Source of the DNA: Desulfosoma sp.
GTDB lineage: Bacteria > Desulfobacterota > Syntrophobacteria > Syntrophobacterales > DSM-9756
Assembly: GCA_037481835.1 (NCBI GenBank)
Contig: JBBFKW010000007.1
Location: 32,214 to 96,213 of the forward strand
DNA: 64,000 nt
Direction: 5' to 3'
The stretch's first letter is position 1. Each line of letters opens with the position of its first letter. The notes under the pieces were generated by a model. It was not told the DNA's origin and did no database searches. It saw only the letters and a list, made by a program, of their open reading frames with translations. The translations under genes were made by a program, and so were the position numbers. Of this stretch, positions 19,789-29,110 are shown piece after piece.

Positions 19789-21338
19789 GCTTTTTCCAAC
19801 GCTCCGATCACGAAGGGGATGTGTTCCAAGAGATCCCCCGCCAAAAGACCGCGCGTCGTCAGTCCTCGGCACACCTTTTCGGCCGCGGCGCCGTGGACGT
19901 ACACCCCGAGGCACGCCGCATGGAACGGATCCAGTCCCTGGGCGATGAATCCCGCTATCATACCGGTCAAGACATCCCCCATGCCGCCCGAGGCCATGGC
20001 TGGTGTCCCGGAGCCGTTGACGGCCAGCCGCCCGTCCGGGGCGGCGATGACGGTGCGATGGCCTTTGAGAACGACGATGACACCGTGCGTGCGGCTGAAT
20101 TCCTGAGCGGCCCGGAGCCGATCGGCCTGGACGTCCGGGACGGAGCAGCGGAGCAATCGCGCCATTTCCCCCGGATGGGGCGTCAGGATCACGGGAACGG
20201 CCGCCTTGTGCAGGGTTTGGGGAGCATCAGCCAGGAGGGTCAAGGCGTCCGCATCCAGCACCAAGGGGCAGGGCGAGCGGGCGATGAGATCCTCGACCAG
20301 GCGGCGGGTTTCTTCATGGAGTGAAATACCCGGCCCGAGGGCGAAAGCCTCTTTGTCTTCCAGGAAGGCAAGGATTTCCGGTCCCGCCGCCTCCGCGGCG
20401 CTCTGCTCCGACGTTTCCGCAATGGGCAGGGTCATGGCTTCGGTGAGCTTGACTTCCAGGATGGGGTTCAGGGAACGGGGAATGAAAAGGGTCACAAGCC
20501 CCGCCCCCACCCGCGCCGCGCCCAAGCAGGCCAGCGTCGCGGCACCGGTTTTTCCCGGGGAGCCGGAAAGGACGCACACGTGCCCCGCCCGTCCTTTGTG
20601 GGTTTCGGCCGGCCGCGGCCGCAGCCACTGGCGGCAGGTGTCCTCGTCCAGCCACCATCGCGGGATGCCCGCGGAGGCCACCACGGCGGGAGGAATGCCG
20701 ATATCCACCACATGGAGCGTCCCGACCAGGGCATCTCCCTGGGCGATTCTCTGGCCGACTTTGGGCAGTCCGAAAGTGGCCGTCGCCGTCGCGCGAACGG
20801 CCGCCCCCAGAATCTTTCCCGTGGAGGCATCCAGACCCGACGGCACATCTACGGCGAGCACCGGTTTTTCCAAGGCGTTGAGCGCTTCGATGACGTCGCG
20901 GTACAGCCCTTGGACGGGACTGGACAGACCCGTGCCGAGAATGGCATCGACGATGACGTCCGCTTCGCGGATGAGGGCGAATTGAGATGAAAAATCGGAA
21001 CTTTCATCCCAGTGGCAGGGCCTGAGTCCGATGTTTTCCAAGATCCGGTAATTGATCAAAGCGTCGCCCCGGAGCCGTTCCGCCGGTCGCAGGCAGACGA
21101 CGCGCACCGAGGCGCCGCGAGTGTGCAAGAGGCGCGCGATGACGAAACCGTCTCCCGCGTTGTTGCCTGTGCCGGCAACAACCACGACGCGGCGTTGGGC
21201 CAGGTCGGGAAGAATCCGTTCAAAAAAGGCCAAGGCCCCCCGAGCCGCGTTTTCCATGAGCACGACCCCGGGAATGCCGATTTCTTCGATGGTCCGTCGG
21301 TCCAGTTCGGCCATTTCTTGAGCGGTGACGAGAATCAT
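19785..21338 (-). CDS. nnr: Bifunctional NAD(P)H-hydrate epimerase/dehydratase (YjeF)
   Basis: LMENAA, GNNAGDG, DAILGTG, DVPSG, HKG, LDADAL, TPHPGE, GGMGDVL. Confidence 0.93.
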   Translation of the reverse strand: MILVTAQEMAELDRRTIEEIGIPGVVLMENAARGALAFFERILPDLAQRRVVVVAGTGNNAGDGFVIARLLHTRGASVRVVCLRPAERLRGDALINYRILENIGLRPCHWDESSDFSSQFALIREADVIVDAILGTGLSSPVQGLYRDVIEALNALEKPVLAVDVPSGLDASTGKILGAAVRATATATFGLPKVGQRIAQGDALVGTLHVVDIGIPPAVVASAGIPRWWLDEDTCRQWLRPRPAETHKGRAGHVCVLSGSPGKTGAATLACLGAARVGAGLVTLFIPRSLNPILEVKLTEAMTLPIAETSEQSAAEAAGPEILAFLEDKEAFALGPGISLHEETRRLVEDLIARSPCPLVLDADALTLLADAPQTLHKAAVPVILTPHPGEMARLLRCSVPDVQADRLRAAQEFSRTHGVIVVLKGHRTVIAAPDGRLAVNGSGTPAMASGGMGDVLTGMIAGFIAQGLDPFHAACLGVYVHGAAAEKVCRGLTTRGLLAGDLLEHIPFVIGALEKA

Positions 21339-21356
21339 TGGCGTTCCCTCTGAAAT

Positions 21357-21761
21357 TCAGGCGAACGGAGTGGGAGGATCGTGGGTTTCCAGGAGTGCGA
21401 CCGCTGCGCCGTAGAGGCCGTCGTCGGTCAGGCTGATGTGCCAGGCATGCACGCCCAGAGCGTGGACGAAGGCTCGAGCCCTTTCGGAAAGCATGAGAAG
21501 TGGTTTTCCAGAAGGGTCATTGCGGATTTCCATGTCTTTCCAATGAAGCGGGGCGCGCACGCCCGTTCCCACCGCTTTGGCGAAAGCCTCTTTGGCGGCG
21601 AAACGCAGAGCGAAGCACGCCGCTCTATTTTTTTTGGCCCCGCAGGCCTGCTTTTCAAACGCGGTAAAAACCTTTTCCAGGAATCGGTCGCCCCACCGGA
21701 CCAGGCCCGCCTCCACGCGGTCGATGCGCACCATATCGATCCCGATGCCGTAGACGCCCAT
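21357..21761 (-). CDS. acpS: Holo-[acyl-carrier-protein] synthase
   Basis: GIGIDMV, RFAAKEAFAKAVGTG, GKP, HISLTD; TGATG coupling with pdxJ. Confidence 0.93.
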   Translation of the reverse strand: MGVYGIGIDMVRIDRVEAGLVRWGDRFLEKVFTAFEKQACGAKKNRAACFALRFAAKEAFAKAVGTGVRAPLHWKDMEIRNDPSGKPLLMLSERARAFVHALGVHAWHISLTDDGLYGAAVALLETHDPPTPFA

Positions 21762-22477
21762 CAGCCGTTCACCAAATCGATCATTTCCCTCACGGCCCGC
21801 TCCATTCCCACAAGAACGGCCCGGGCGATGACAGCGTGGCCGATGCTGAATTCTTCGATTTCCTTGATCACGCGGAGCCAGAGCACATTGCGGTAGTCCA
21901 CGCCGTGGCCCGCATGGACGATGAGGCCGATTTTGGCCGCCAGCTTGGCCGCCTCTTGGACCCGGTCGAATTCTTCCTGGCGTTGGGCGTAGGATTTTGC
22001 TTCGGCGAAGGATCCCGTATGGATTTCCACGCAATCGGCGTCGATTTTGGCCGCCGTCTTGACATGTTTGGGATCGGGATTGACGAAAAGGCTGACAAAA
22101 ATGCCCCCCTCATGCAATCGCTTGATGGCTTCGGCCAGGGGCTCTTCATACAGGACCACGTCCAGGCCGCCTTCGGTGGTCAGTTCCTGGCGTTTTTCCG
22201 GGACCAGGGTCACCAAATCCGGCTTGATCCTGAGCGCCGTCTCGATCATTTCCGCCGTGGCCGCCATTTCCAGATTCAGCCGCGTCTTGACCGTGCGGCG
22301 AAGGATTTCCACATCCCGATCCTGAATATGACGACGATCTTCCCGAAGATGAACCACGATGCCTTGGGCTCCGGCCAATTCCGCCAGGGCGGCGGCCACA
22401 ACCGGGTCCGGTTCCGAGGCGAGCCGGGCTTGGCGTACCGTTGCCACGTGGTCCACATTGATGGCTACCCGTGCCAC
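21761..22477 (-). CDS. pdxJ: Pyridoxine 5'-phosphate synthase
   Basis: NVDHVATVRQAR, HLREDRRHIQ, VPEKRQELTTEGGLD, AGHG; AGGAGG RBS before GTG 22477. Confidence 0.95.
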   Translation of the reverse strand: MARVAINVDHVATVRQARLASEPDPVVAAALAELAGAQGIVVHLREDRRHIQDRDVEILRRTVKTRLNLEMAATAEMIETALRIKPDLVTLVPEKRQELTTEGGLDVVLYEEPLAEAIKRLHEGGIFVSLFVNPDPKHVKTAAKIDADCVEIHTGSFAEAKSYAQRQEEFDRVQEAAKLAAKIGLIVHAGHGVDYRNVLWLRVIKEIEEFSIGHAVIARAVLVGMERAVREMIDLVNG

Positions 22478-22490
22478 GTTTTTATCCCTC

Positions 22491-22976
22491 CTAGGCTTCC
22501 TGCGAAAAATCCGTCCGATACCACGCAAAACGGGCAGGTTCGCGCCCAAGTTGATCCAAGAGGTTCAATGTGAGAGCGTCCATGGTGGCTGCTTCGGCGG
22601 GGTCGGCGTGATCGTAGCCGAGCAGGTGAAGGATGCCGTGGACCAAGAGGAGGTCCAGGATTTCGTCCAGGGAGCAGGCCGCCTTCTCGGCCATGGCCTG
22701 GGCCGTTTCCACCCCGATGACCACATCGCCCAGCATCTGGGGCGCGATCTCGGCGAAGTCCCCCTCTCGCATGGGAAAAGACAACACATCGGTCGGCTCG
22801 GCGATGCCGCGGAACCGTGCGTTCAAATCGGCCATTTCTTCATCATCCGTCAAGACAAGGCTCAATTCCCCGTCACTGCAGTCCAAGGCGTTTAAGATCC
22901 GTTCGGCTGTTTGCACCAGCCGCCCCAGGTCGATCTTTATCCGGTCGCAATTCACGCTGATTTGAATCTGGGCCAT
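22491..22976 (-). CDS. ybeY: rRNA maturation endoribonuclease YbeY
   Basis: PTDVLSF, LGDVVI, HGILHLLGYDH. Confidence 0.95.
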   Translation of the reverse strand: MAQIQISVNCDRIKIDLGRLVQTAERILNALDCSDGELSLVLTDDEEMADLNARFRGIAEPTDVLSFPMREGDFAEIAPQMLGDVVIGVETAQAMAEKAACSLDEILDLLLVHGILHLLGYDHADPAEAATMDALTLNLLDQLGREPARFAWYRTDFSQEA

Positions 22977-25365
22977 GGGGTTTCCCCTTCGCGGAACACG
23001 GCTGTGCCGGGTATTCGATGCGCTTGTGATGCACGGTGGCCAGGATCTGGTGGAAATGCTTGGCGATTTGATGGAGGTCCTTGAGGGTCAGCTCGCATTC
23101 ATCCAGTTGCCCGTCGGTGAAGGCATTGTTGATGAGGCGGCTCACCATGCCCTGAATGCGGGCCGGAGTGGGTTCACTCAAGGAACGGCACGCGGCTTCC
23201 ACCATATCCGCCAGCATGACCAGACCGGCTTCCTTGGTCTGCGGCTTGGGGCCGGGATAACGATAGTCGTCGATGTTGATGGGGGGCAACTCGGCCCCCT
23301 TGGACGTTATCGCCTTTTCCCGTGCTTCCAAGGCCTTCTGATAGAAATAGGAAATCAGGCTCTTGCCGTGATGCTGGTTGATGATGTCGATGATGGGCTT
23401 TCCGAGGCGATGTTTTTTCGCCAATTCCACCCCGTCTTTGACGTGGGAAGTGAGGATGAGGCTGCTCATGGATGGGGCGAGCTTTTCGTGCCGGTTTTCC
23501 GCGTCGAACTGATTTTCGATGAAGTACAAAGGCTTCTTGATCTTTCCGATGTCGTGGTAGTAGCCGGCCACCTTGGCGAGCAGGGAATTGGCCCCGATGG
23601 ACTTGGCGGCCGCTTCCGTCATGTTGCCCACGATGAGGCTGTGATGATAGGTCCCCGGGGCTTGAATCATGAGTTCCTGAAGAAGGGGCTGATCCATGCT
23701 GGCCAGTTCCAAGAGTCGGATGTCCGTGGTGTAGCCGAACAAGAGTTCCGCTAGGGGGGTAAACCCTGTGGCCAGGACCCCTGAGACGATCCCGCCCATG
23801 AAGCCCAGGAAGGCGTTGGTCAGAAGGGCGACCGAGGTCGAATCTTCGTGGAAGAGAGCCAGGAGGACGACGCAGGCGGCGTTGCCCGCCCCGGTGAGCA
23901 ACCCGGCGCGGATGGGAACCAGCCGGTTGCGGCAAGGATTGACCCCGTAACTGCCGATGAGCGACCCCAGGAGGACGAAAGCGAACACCTGGAAGTCGTT
24001 GCCGCATACCAAGGCGACGAACACACTGACCGCCACGGAAAAAAAGACGGCGACCGTCAACCCGAAGAAAATGCTCGCCAGCATGGCGCCGGCGGCCACG
24101 GGCACGGCGAAAAGGAAGCTGCGGTGGTCGAAGTAGCCGGGGTTGTTGCCGACCGAGGCGCTGATCCACTCGGCGGTGCGGCATAGGATCAAGAGAACGA
24201 GTAGGAGGCTAGCCAGGAAGACATAGTCGCTGCGTTGAAGACGCACGGACGGGATCCGCAGCGAAAGCATGTGCCAGAGCACGGCCAGGAAAAGGCAGGA
24301 GAACAGGAAAACACCCGTGAAGGCCGAAACTCCGTGCCCTTTGGGCAGCATGGCGGCGTAGGCGCCGAGCCTATGAACGTCTTCGTCTGTGAGCCGCTGG
24401 CCGTCCCGGATAATCATCTCGTTTTTCTTGATTTGGATGTAGACCGGTTTGACGGCTTCTGCAGCGGCGCTTTCAGCCTGTTGGGTTTCAAAGCGATTGA
24501 AGAAAAGGTTGGGTTCCAGAAGCTGGGCACAGAGGAAGGCGACGGCCCTGGCCAGATAGATGTCGCCCTCTTGCTGGAGAATCATCGTCACGGCCTTTTC
24601 ACGGGCTCGACGAATGTCGGGAAATTCGCTGAGGGACCCGAAGGTTTCTTCTCGAAGCGAAGGGATCATTCGGACCACAATGGGCCGGGCTTCCATTCGA
24701 AGGTGCTGAAAGGCGGCCAGGTCCGGATCGTCGGCTCCGGGCAGAATCCCGTGGTCGAAAAAGGTCTGAAGCCATGTGCCGACACGGTTTTCCAAGGATT
24801 CCGAAAAGCCATCGGCAGTCAGGATCAGGTAGATGTTGTCCGGGACGGAAAAGCCCAAGGCCCCTTCGAAGGTGGGCCGATGGGGTCCGAACCGGCTCTC
24901 CCGGGACACCCCGTCACGGTGCGGGAAGCGCCTGAGGAGCTCCACCCGGCGATCGGGCATGAGTCCCAGGGTTTCCTGAAGCAGGAGATCATGGAGGACT
25001 CCCCGCATGGTTTTAAAGGCTTTGGCCAATCGAAGCGCCGCGGTCTGAGCGGCCTTTTCATGAAGGTCAAAGATGAGCGGCGCTTCGCGGCGCGCCGCGT
25101 CTCGCTTCCGGGTCGTCGCCTCGTTGTCCAGGAGCAAAAAATCCCGGTCCGCCTTGATGTTTTGGGTGGCCACGTCCCCCACCCGATAAACGGGAGGGCG
25201 TTTGACAAAAGACGGGGTGATGATGAGGGCGGCTGCCAGAGAGAAGGCCAAAACCAAGATGACCTTGGCGTGTTCGGGATGGTTCCACCACTCAAGGATC
25301 CGGGCGCGGCCGTCGGGGGTTTCAGGGGACAACCGCCGGTTTTCCGGTTTCTTGTCTTTGTCCAT
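22873..25365 (-). CDS. Membrane-bound HD-family phosphohydrolase (7TM-HD, PgpH-like)
   Basis: Extracytoplasmic domain, multiple TM helices, APGTYHHS, YHDIGK, YFIENQ, QHHG, YRYPGPKPQTKEA, MLAD; in the phoH-HD-ybeY arrangement. Confidence 0.88.
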   Translation of the reverse strand: MDKDKKPENRRLSPETPDGRARILEWWNHPEHAKVILVLAFSLAAALIITPSFVKRPPVYRVGDVATQNIKADRDFLLLDNEATTRKRDAARREAPLIFDLHEKAAQTAALRLAKAFKTMRGVLHDLLLQETLGLMPDRRVELLRRFPHRDGVSRESRFGPHRPTFEGALGFSVPDNIYLILTADGFSESLENRVGTWLQTFFDHGILPGADDPDLAAFQHLRMEARPIVVRMIPSLREETFGSLSEFPDIRRAREKAVTMILQQEGDIYLARAVAFLCAQLLEPNLFFNRFETQQAESAAAEAVKPVYIQIKKNEMIIRDGQRLTDEDVHRLGAYAAMLPKGHGVSAFTGVFLFSCLFLAVLWHMLSLRIPSVRLQRSDYVFLASLLLVLLILCRTAEWISASVGNNPGYFDHRSFLFAVPVAAGAMLASIFFGLTVAVFFSVAVSVFVALVCGNDFQVFAFVLLGSLIGSYGVNPCRNRLVPIRAGLLTGAGNAACVVLLALFHEDSTSVALLTNAFLGFMGGIVSGVLATGFTPLAELLFGYTTDIRLLELASMDQPLLQELMIQAPGTYHHSLIVGNMTEAAAKSIGANSLLAKVAGYYHDIGKIKKPLYFIENQFDAENRHEKLAPSMSSLILTSHVKDGVELAKKHRLGKPIIDIINQHHGKSLISYFYQKALEAREKAITSKGAELPPINIDDYRYPGPKPQTKEAGLVMLADMVEAACRSLSEPTPARIQGMVSRLINNAFTDGQLDECELTLKDLHQIAKHFHQILATVHHKRIEYPAQPCSAKGKPHGPDSNQRELRPDKDRPGAAGANSRTDLKRLGLQ

Positions 25366-25373
25366 AGGGCCGC

Positions 25374-26387
25374 CTATCGAGGATCCGTGGGTTTTCTCGG
25401 CGGTATCCTGCGCTCGGCATTTTCGTAGGCTTCGATGATATCTTGGACGAGGCGGTGGCGGACCACATCCACATGGGAGAAGAAGATGAACCGGAGTCCC
25501 CGAATGCCCTGCAGGAGCTCCATGGCTTCAATCAGGCCGGACGGTTTGTTGTCGGGCAAGTCGATTTGGGTCACGTCCCCTGTGATGACCGCCTTGGAGC
25601 CCAAGCCGAGGCGGGTCAAGAACATTTTCATCTGTTCGCTGGTGGTGTTCTGCGCCTCATCCAAAATGACGAAAGCCTCGTTCAGCGTGCGCCCCCTCAT
25701 AAAGGCCAGCGGGGCCACTTCGATGGCACCGCGCGCCAGGAGCTTGGACGCCTTCTCGAAATCCATCATGTCGTGAAGGGCGTCGTAGAGGGGTCTCAGG
25801 TAGGGGTTGACTTTTTCGGCCAGGTCCCCCGGGAGGAACCCCAGTTTTTCTCCGGCTTCCACGGCCGGCCTGACCAAAATGATCCGCCGCACCTGATCGG
25901 CCGTGAGCGCCGACACGGCCATGGCCATGGCGAGGTACGTCTTTCCCGTACCGGCGGGACCGATGCCGAACACGATGTCGTGGGATCGAATGGCCTCGAT
26001 GTATTCCTTCTGCTTGAGGCTCTTGGGCGTGATGACGCGCTTGCTCGACGTCACGAAGACCTTGTCGAGGAAGATGTCTTCCAGGCGGCTCCGGGGATTG
26101 TCGCTGAGGATCCTGACGGCGTACAGGACATCGGATGCATAGAGAGGGTAGCCCTTGTGCAGGAGGGCTTCCAGTTCGTCCAGAACGCGTTCCGCTAGGG
26201 TCACATGCGCTTTCTCTCCCGTGATGGTCACTTGAGTGCCGCGCACATGGAGGCGCACATCCAGCTGTTTTTCGATGATCTTGAGATGGGTGTTGCGTTC
26301 CCCGGCGAGGTCCTGGAGCACGGACGGGTCGTCGAAGACCTTGTTTTGAGAGCAGGCGACGGAATCGGGCATGCGAGACGCCAACAA
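25374..26387 (-). CDS. phoH: PhoH-family ATPase
   Basis: GPAGTGKTYLA, RPAVEAGEKLGFLPGD, RGRTL, DEAQN, VRHRLV. Start uncertain (TTG 26387 with AAGGA RBS, or ATG 26372). Confidence 0.92.
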   Translation of the reverse strand: MLASRMPDSVACSQNKVFDDPSVLQDLAGERNTHLKIIEKQLDVRLHVRGTQVTITGEKAHVTLAERVLDELEALLHKGYPLYASDVLYAVRILSDNPRSRLEDIFLDKVFVTSSKRVITPKSLKQKEYIEAIRSHDIVFGIGPAGTGKTYLAMAMAVSALTADQVRRIILVRPAVEAGEKLGFLPGDLAEKVNPYLRPLYDALHDMMDFEKASKLLARGAIEVAPLAFMRGRTLNEAFVILDEAQNTTSEQMKMFLTRLGLGSKAVITGDVTQIDLPDNKPSGLIEAMELLQGIRGLRFIFFSHVDVVRHRLVQDIIEAYENAERRIPPRKPTDPR

Positions 26388-26624
26388 AGGGTTTTCCTTT
26401 CTTGCGGAATCGTGCGGGATCGTCCCAACACAGCTGTGAAATATCATCCGCCGCACCGTCTGACAATGACTTCTTGAAAACCGAACCGGATGGGTGCCCC
26501 GGCATCCCTCCCCAAAATGGGAAAATCCGTTGAACCGCCCTGGGCAAATATTTTATGGTTCATTTCGAGATGCGGGCGGTCAAAGCGGTTTCGGTGAAAA
26601 AAGCTGCTGCGGGAGAAAAGGGCG

Positions 26625-27224
26625 GTGAACGTTCTGGATTGGATGCTCATCATCGTGGGCGCCTTATCCCTGGTGCGTGGGCTCTGGCGCGGCGCCGTTT
26701 CTCAGATTTTCGGCCTTCTCGGCTTTGCGGGCGGCTTTTTCCTGGCTTACCGTCACGGGGAGGCTCTCGGCGCTCGCCTGGCGATGCATTTTCCGTCTCT
26801 TCCCCAGCCCGTGCTCTTCAGCGATGTTCTGCTGTTCGTTCTCACCTGGTTTTTGGTCGCCCTTGCCGGGGCGTGGATCGCTCGGAGCCTGCACAGCGGA
26901 GGCCTGGGAGGGCCGGATCGGCTCATGGGCGGGTCCTTGGGCCTGCTTAAAGGGGCATTGGTGGTGATCGTCCTGGTGTGGGGGCTGAGCTTCATGGTGC
27001 CTCCGGATCATGCGCTCTGGAAGCAGTCTCGGCTTGTCCCTTATGTGCAGCAGGCGACCCAGCTCTTGGTGGAGGCGGCTCCTGAGAGTTTTCGCCAAAA
27101 ACTGCACGATCCCACGAGGAAATCACCCGCTCTACCGCGCGGAAAGAACGGACAGCCGCCGGGTTCGGAAAGGGAGAGCAATGCCAGTTCCGGAAAAAAT
27201 GAAAGCGGAAAACGAGCCCTGTGA
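26625..27224 (+). CDS. cvpA: CvpA family membrane protein
   Basis: MNVLDW..., RGLWRG, DRLMGGSLGLLKG, SRLVPY; four hydrophobic segments. Confidence 0.85.
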   Translation: MNVLDWMLIIVGALSLVRGLWRGAVSQIFGLLGFAGGFFLAYRHGEALGARLAMHFPSLPQPVLFSDVLLFVLTWFLVALAGAWIARSLHSGGLGGPDRLMGGSLGLLKGALVVIVLVWGLSFMVPPDHALWKQSRLVPYVQQATQLLVEAAPESFRQKLHDPTRKSPALPRGKNGQPPGSERESNASSGKNESGKRAL

Positions 27225-27981
27225 GAAAAATGATCGATGGGGCAAGGTGGCGCGGCTTTGGGAGATCATCGATCGCCTGCGGGGTGAAAACGGCTGTCCC
27301 TGGGACCGGCAACAAACCCCCGAAAGCGTTCAAACCTACCTGGTCGAAGAGGCTCATGAAGCGGCCGCCGCCGTCCGAGCCGGAGCCGTGGAAGAGGCCT
27401 CCGAAGAATTGGGGGATGTCCTGTTCATGGTTCTCTTCCTGATCCACCTCTATGAAGAGGCGGGTCGGTGCACCTTGGAGGCGGTGTGCGACCGCATCGC
27501 GGACAAGATGATTCGCCGGCACCCCCATGTTTTCGGGACAACGACCGTGGATTCCGCGGCGGATGTTCGGATCAACTGGGAAAAGATCAAGGAAAAAGAA
27601 AAGAAGGACCGTCCCTTGGCGGAATTGGGTGTCCCTGATACGCTCCCGGCCCTCATTCGGGCCTACCGCGTGCTTAGCCGGGCGAAAAGCGTCGAAGTTT
27701 TCGGCCTGCCCGCCGAAGACGAAGAATCGGCGCTTCTCGAGTCCTTGTCGCGCCTGGGGCGGACTCAGGAAATGGAAAAAGAACAAGCGTCGCACGAGAT
27801 CGCTCGTGCCCTGTTGGCATTGGTGGCCCTGGCTCGACGCCACGGGCTCCGCCCGGAAGATTGCCTCCACGCCTACTTGAACCGCGCGGAACAACAAGCA
27901 CGGGACCGGGACCCTGCCACGGCGTCCGCCCCGAGCGATCAGAGCGGGTCGTCCCAGCGCAGGGCATCCATGACCGCATGA
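27181..27981 (+). CDS. mazG: MazG-family nucleoside triphosphate pyrophosphohydrolase
   Basis: LRGENGCPWDRQQT, EEAHE, EELGDVLF, KMIRRHPHVF, NWEKIK. Confidence 0.88.
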   Translation: MPVPEKMKAENEPCEKNDRWGKVARLWEIIDRLRGENGCPWDRQQTPESVQTYLVEEAHEAAAAVRAGAVEEASEELGDVLFMVLFLIHLYEEAGRCTLEAVCDRIADKMIRRHPHVFGTTTVDSAADVRINWEKIKEKEKKDRPLAELGVPDTLPALIRAYRVLSRAKSVEVFGLPAEDEESALLESLSRLGRTQEMEKEQASHEIARALLALVALARRHGLRPEDCLHAYLNRAEQQARDRDPATASAPSDQSGSSQRRASMTA

Positions 27982-28658
27982 CACGAACAGCTGGTGGCCA
28001 CCAGGTAGGCGCCGGGGGACCGGAGGATCACAGACAGGGCCTCCTTAAGCTGTTCTCCCGTGTATCCACCGACTCCCGGCGCCAACTGCCGGCTCTGGAT
28101 GACGACCGTGCCGTAGTCGGCGATGGCCATCTTTTGGAGGGTTTGATAGAGTTTTTCAGGGCGCGGCTTTTTGGTGATGGTGCAGAAATCTTCAGGCTCC
28201 GGGCAATCGTCCGGGCAGCGGAAAGCGGCGTGGCTGGCGTAAAGGGTGCCGGACGGCGTGCGGATCGGATGGGGCACCAAAGCGTCCACATCGTGGGGGA
28301 CCGGCATACGGTGGACCGTGCCCCGCTTCCCCAGTTCCATGACGATCCAGCCGAGGGCCACATGAACGGGGACGGCAGGGATGATCCACTGGTTGTCGAA
28401 AAGGACATGGTTCGACAGGAACACGAAAACATCCCCGCGGACCATGATCAATCCTTCTTTTTTCGGAATCTCGCGAAGCCGATGGGGATCGGCGTCCACG
28501 ATCACGCCCTGGGTCGGCTCATCGCCTTTGAAAAGCCGCTCCACTGCGAGGCGCCCGAAACGGCCCGCACCCAAGATCCACACCGTGGCTTCAAGGCCCA
28601 TGGGGTGCGGAAAGGGTTCTTCCGCGGGCCACATCCACACTTGGCTCGTCTGCGCCAT
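27939..28658 (-). CDS. Hypothetical protein with N-terminal Rossmann-like motif and Cys-rich C-terminus
   Basis: ILGAGRFG, IIPAVPVH, CPDDCPEPEDFC, SRQLAPGVGGY, ATSCSCH; GGAGG RBS. Confidence 0.7.
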   Translation of the reverse strand: MAQTSQVWMWPAEEPFPHPMGLEATVWILGAGRFGRLAVERLFKGDEPTQGVIVDADPHRLREIPKKEGLIMVRGDVFVFLSNHVLFDNQWIIPAVPVHVALGWIVMELGKRGTVHRMPVPHDVDALVPHPIRTPSGTLYASHAAFRCPDDCPEPEDFCTITKKPRPEKLYQTLQKMAIADYGTVVIQSRQLAPGVGGYTGEQLKEALSVILRSPGAYLVATSCSCHAVMDALRWDDPL

Positions 28659-28708
28659 CCCGTTCCACCTCCGTCGTGGAAAAAATCGTTGCCGAAAAGG
28701 GGCACGCC

Positions 28709-29110
28709 ATGAGCAATCTGTTTACCATTTTTGAGAAGATCGCGGAACAGAGGATACAAGAAGCGATGGAACGGGGGGAATTCGACAATCTTCCGGGCGC
28801 CGGAAAGCCGCTGACCCTGGAGGACGACAGCCATTTGCCTGCCGACCTGAGGATCGCCTACAAAATCCTGAAAAACGCGGATTGCCTCCCGCCCGAATTG
28901 GAACTGCGCAAAGAAATTCGCACCACCGAAGAGCTCCTCTCGGGGATCCAAGACACCCAGGAAAAATATCGCCAGATGAAGAGGCTCAATTATCTCATCC
29001 TCAAGCTCAATACCATGCGCCGGATATCCCCCCTCCTGGAGGAGCACCAAGTCTACTATCCCAAGGTTTTGGACCGCCTGGCCAAGGATAAGGAGAAGAA
29101 GGACGCGTGA
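28709..29110 (+). CDS. DUF1992 (DnaJ-related) domain protein
   Basis: IAEQRIQEAMERGEFDNLPGAGKPL, YKILKNADCLPPELELRKEI. Confidence 0.85.
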   Translation: MSNLFTIFEKIAEQRIQEAMERGEFDNLPGAGKPLTLEDDSHLPADLRIAYKILKNADCLPPELELRKEIRTTEELLSGIQDTQEKYRQMKRLNYLILKLNTMRRISPLLEEHQVYYPKVLDRLAKDKEKKDA

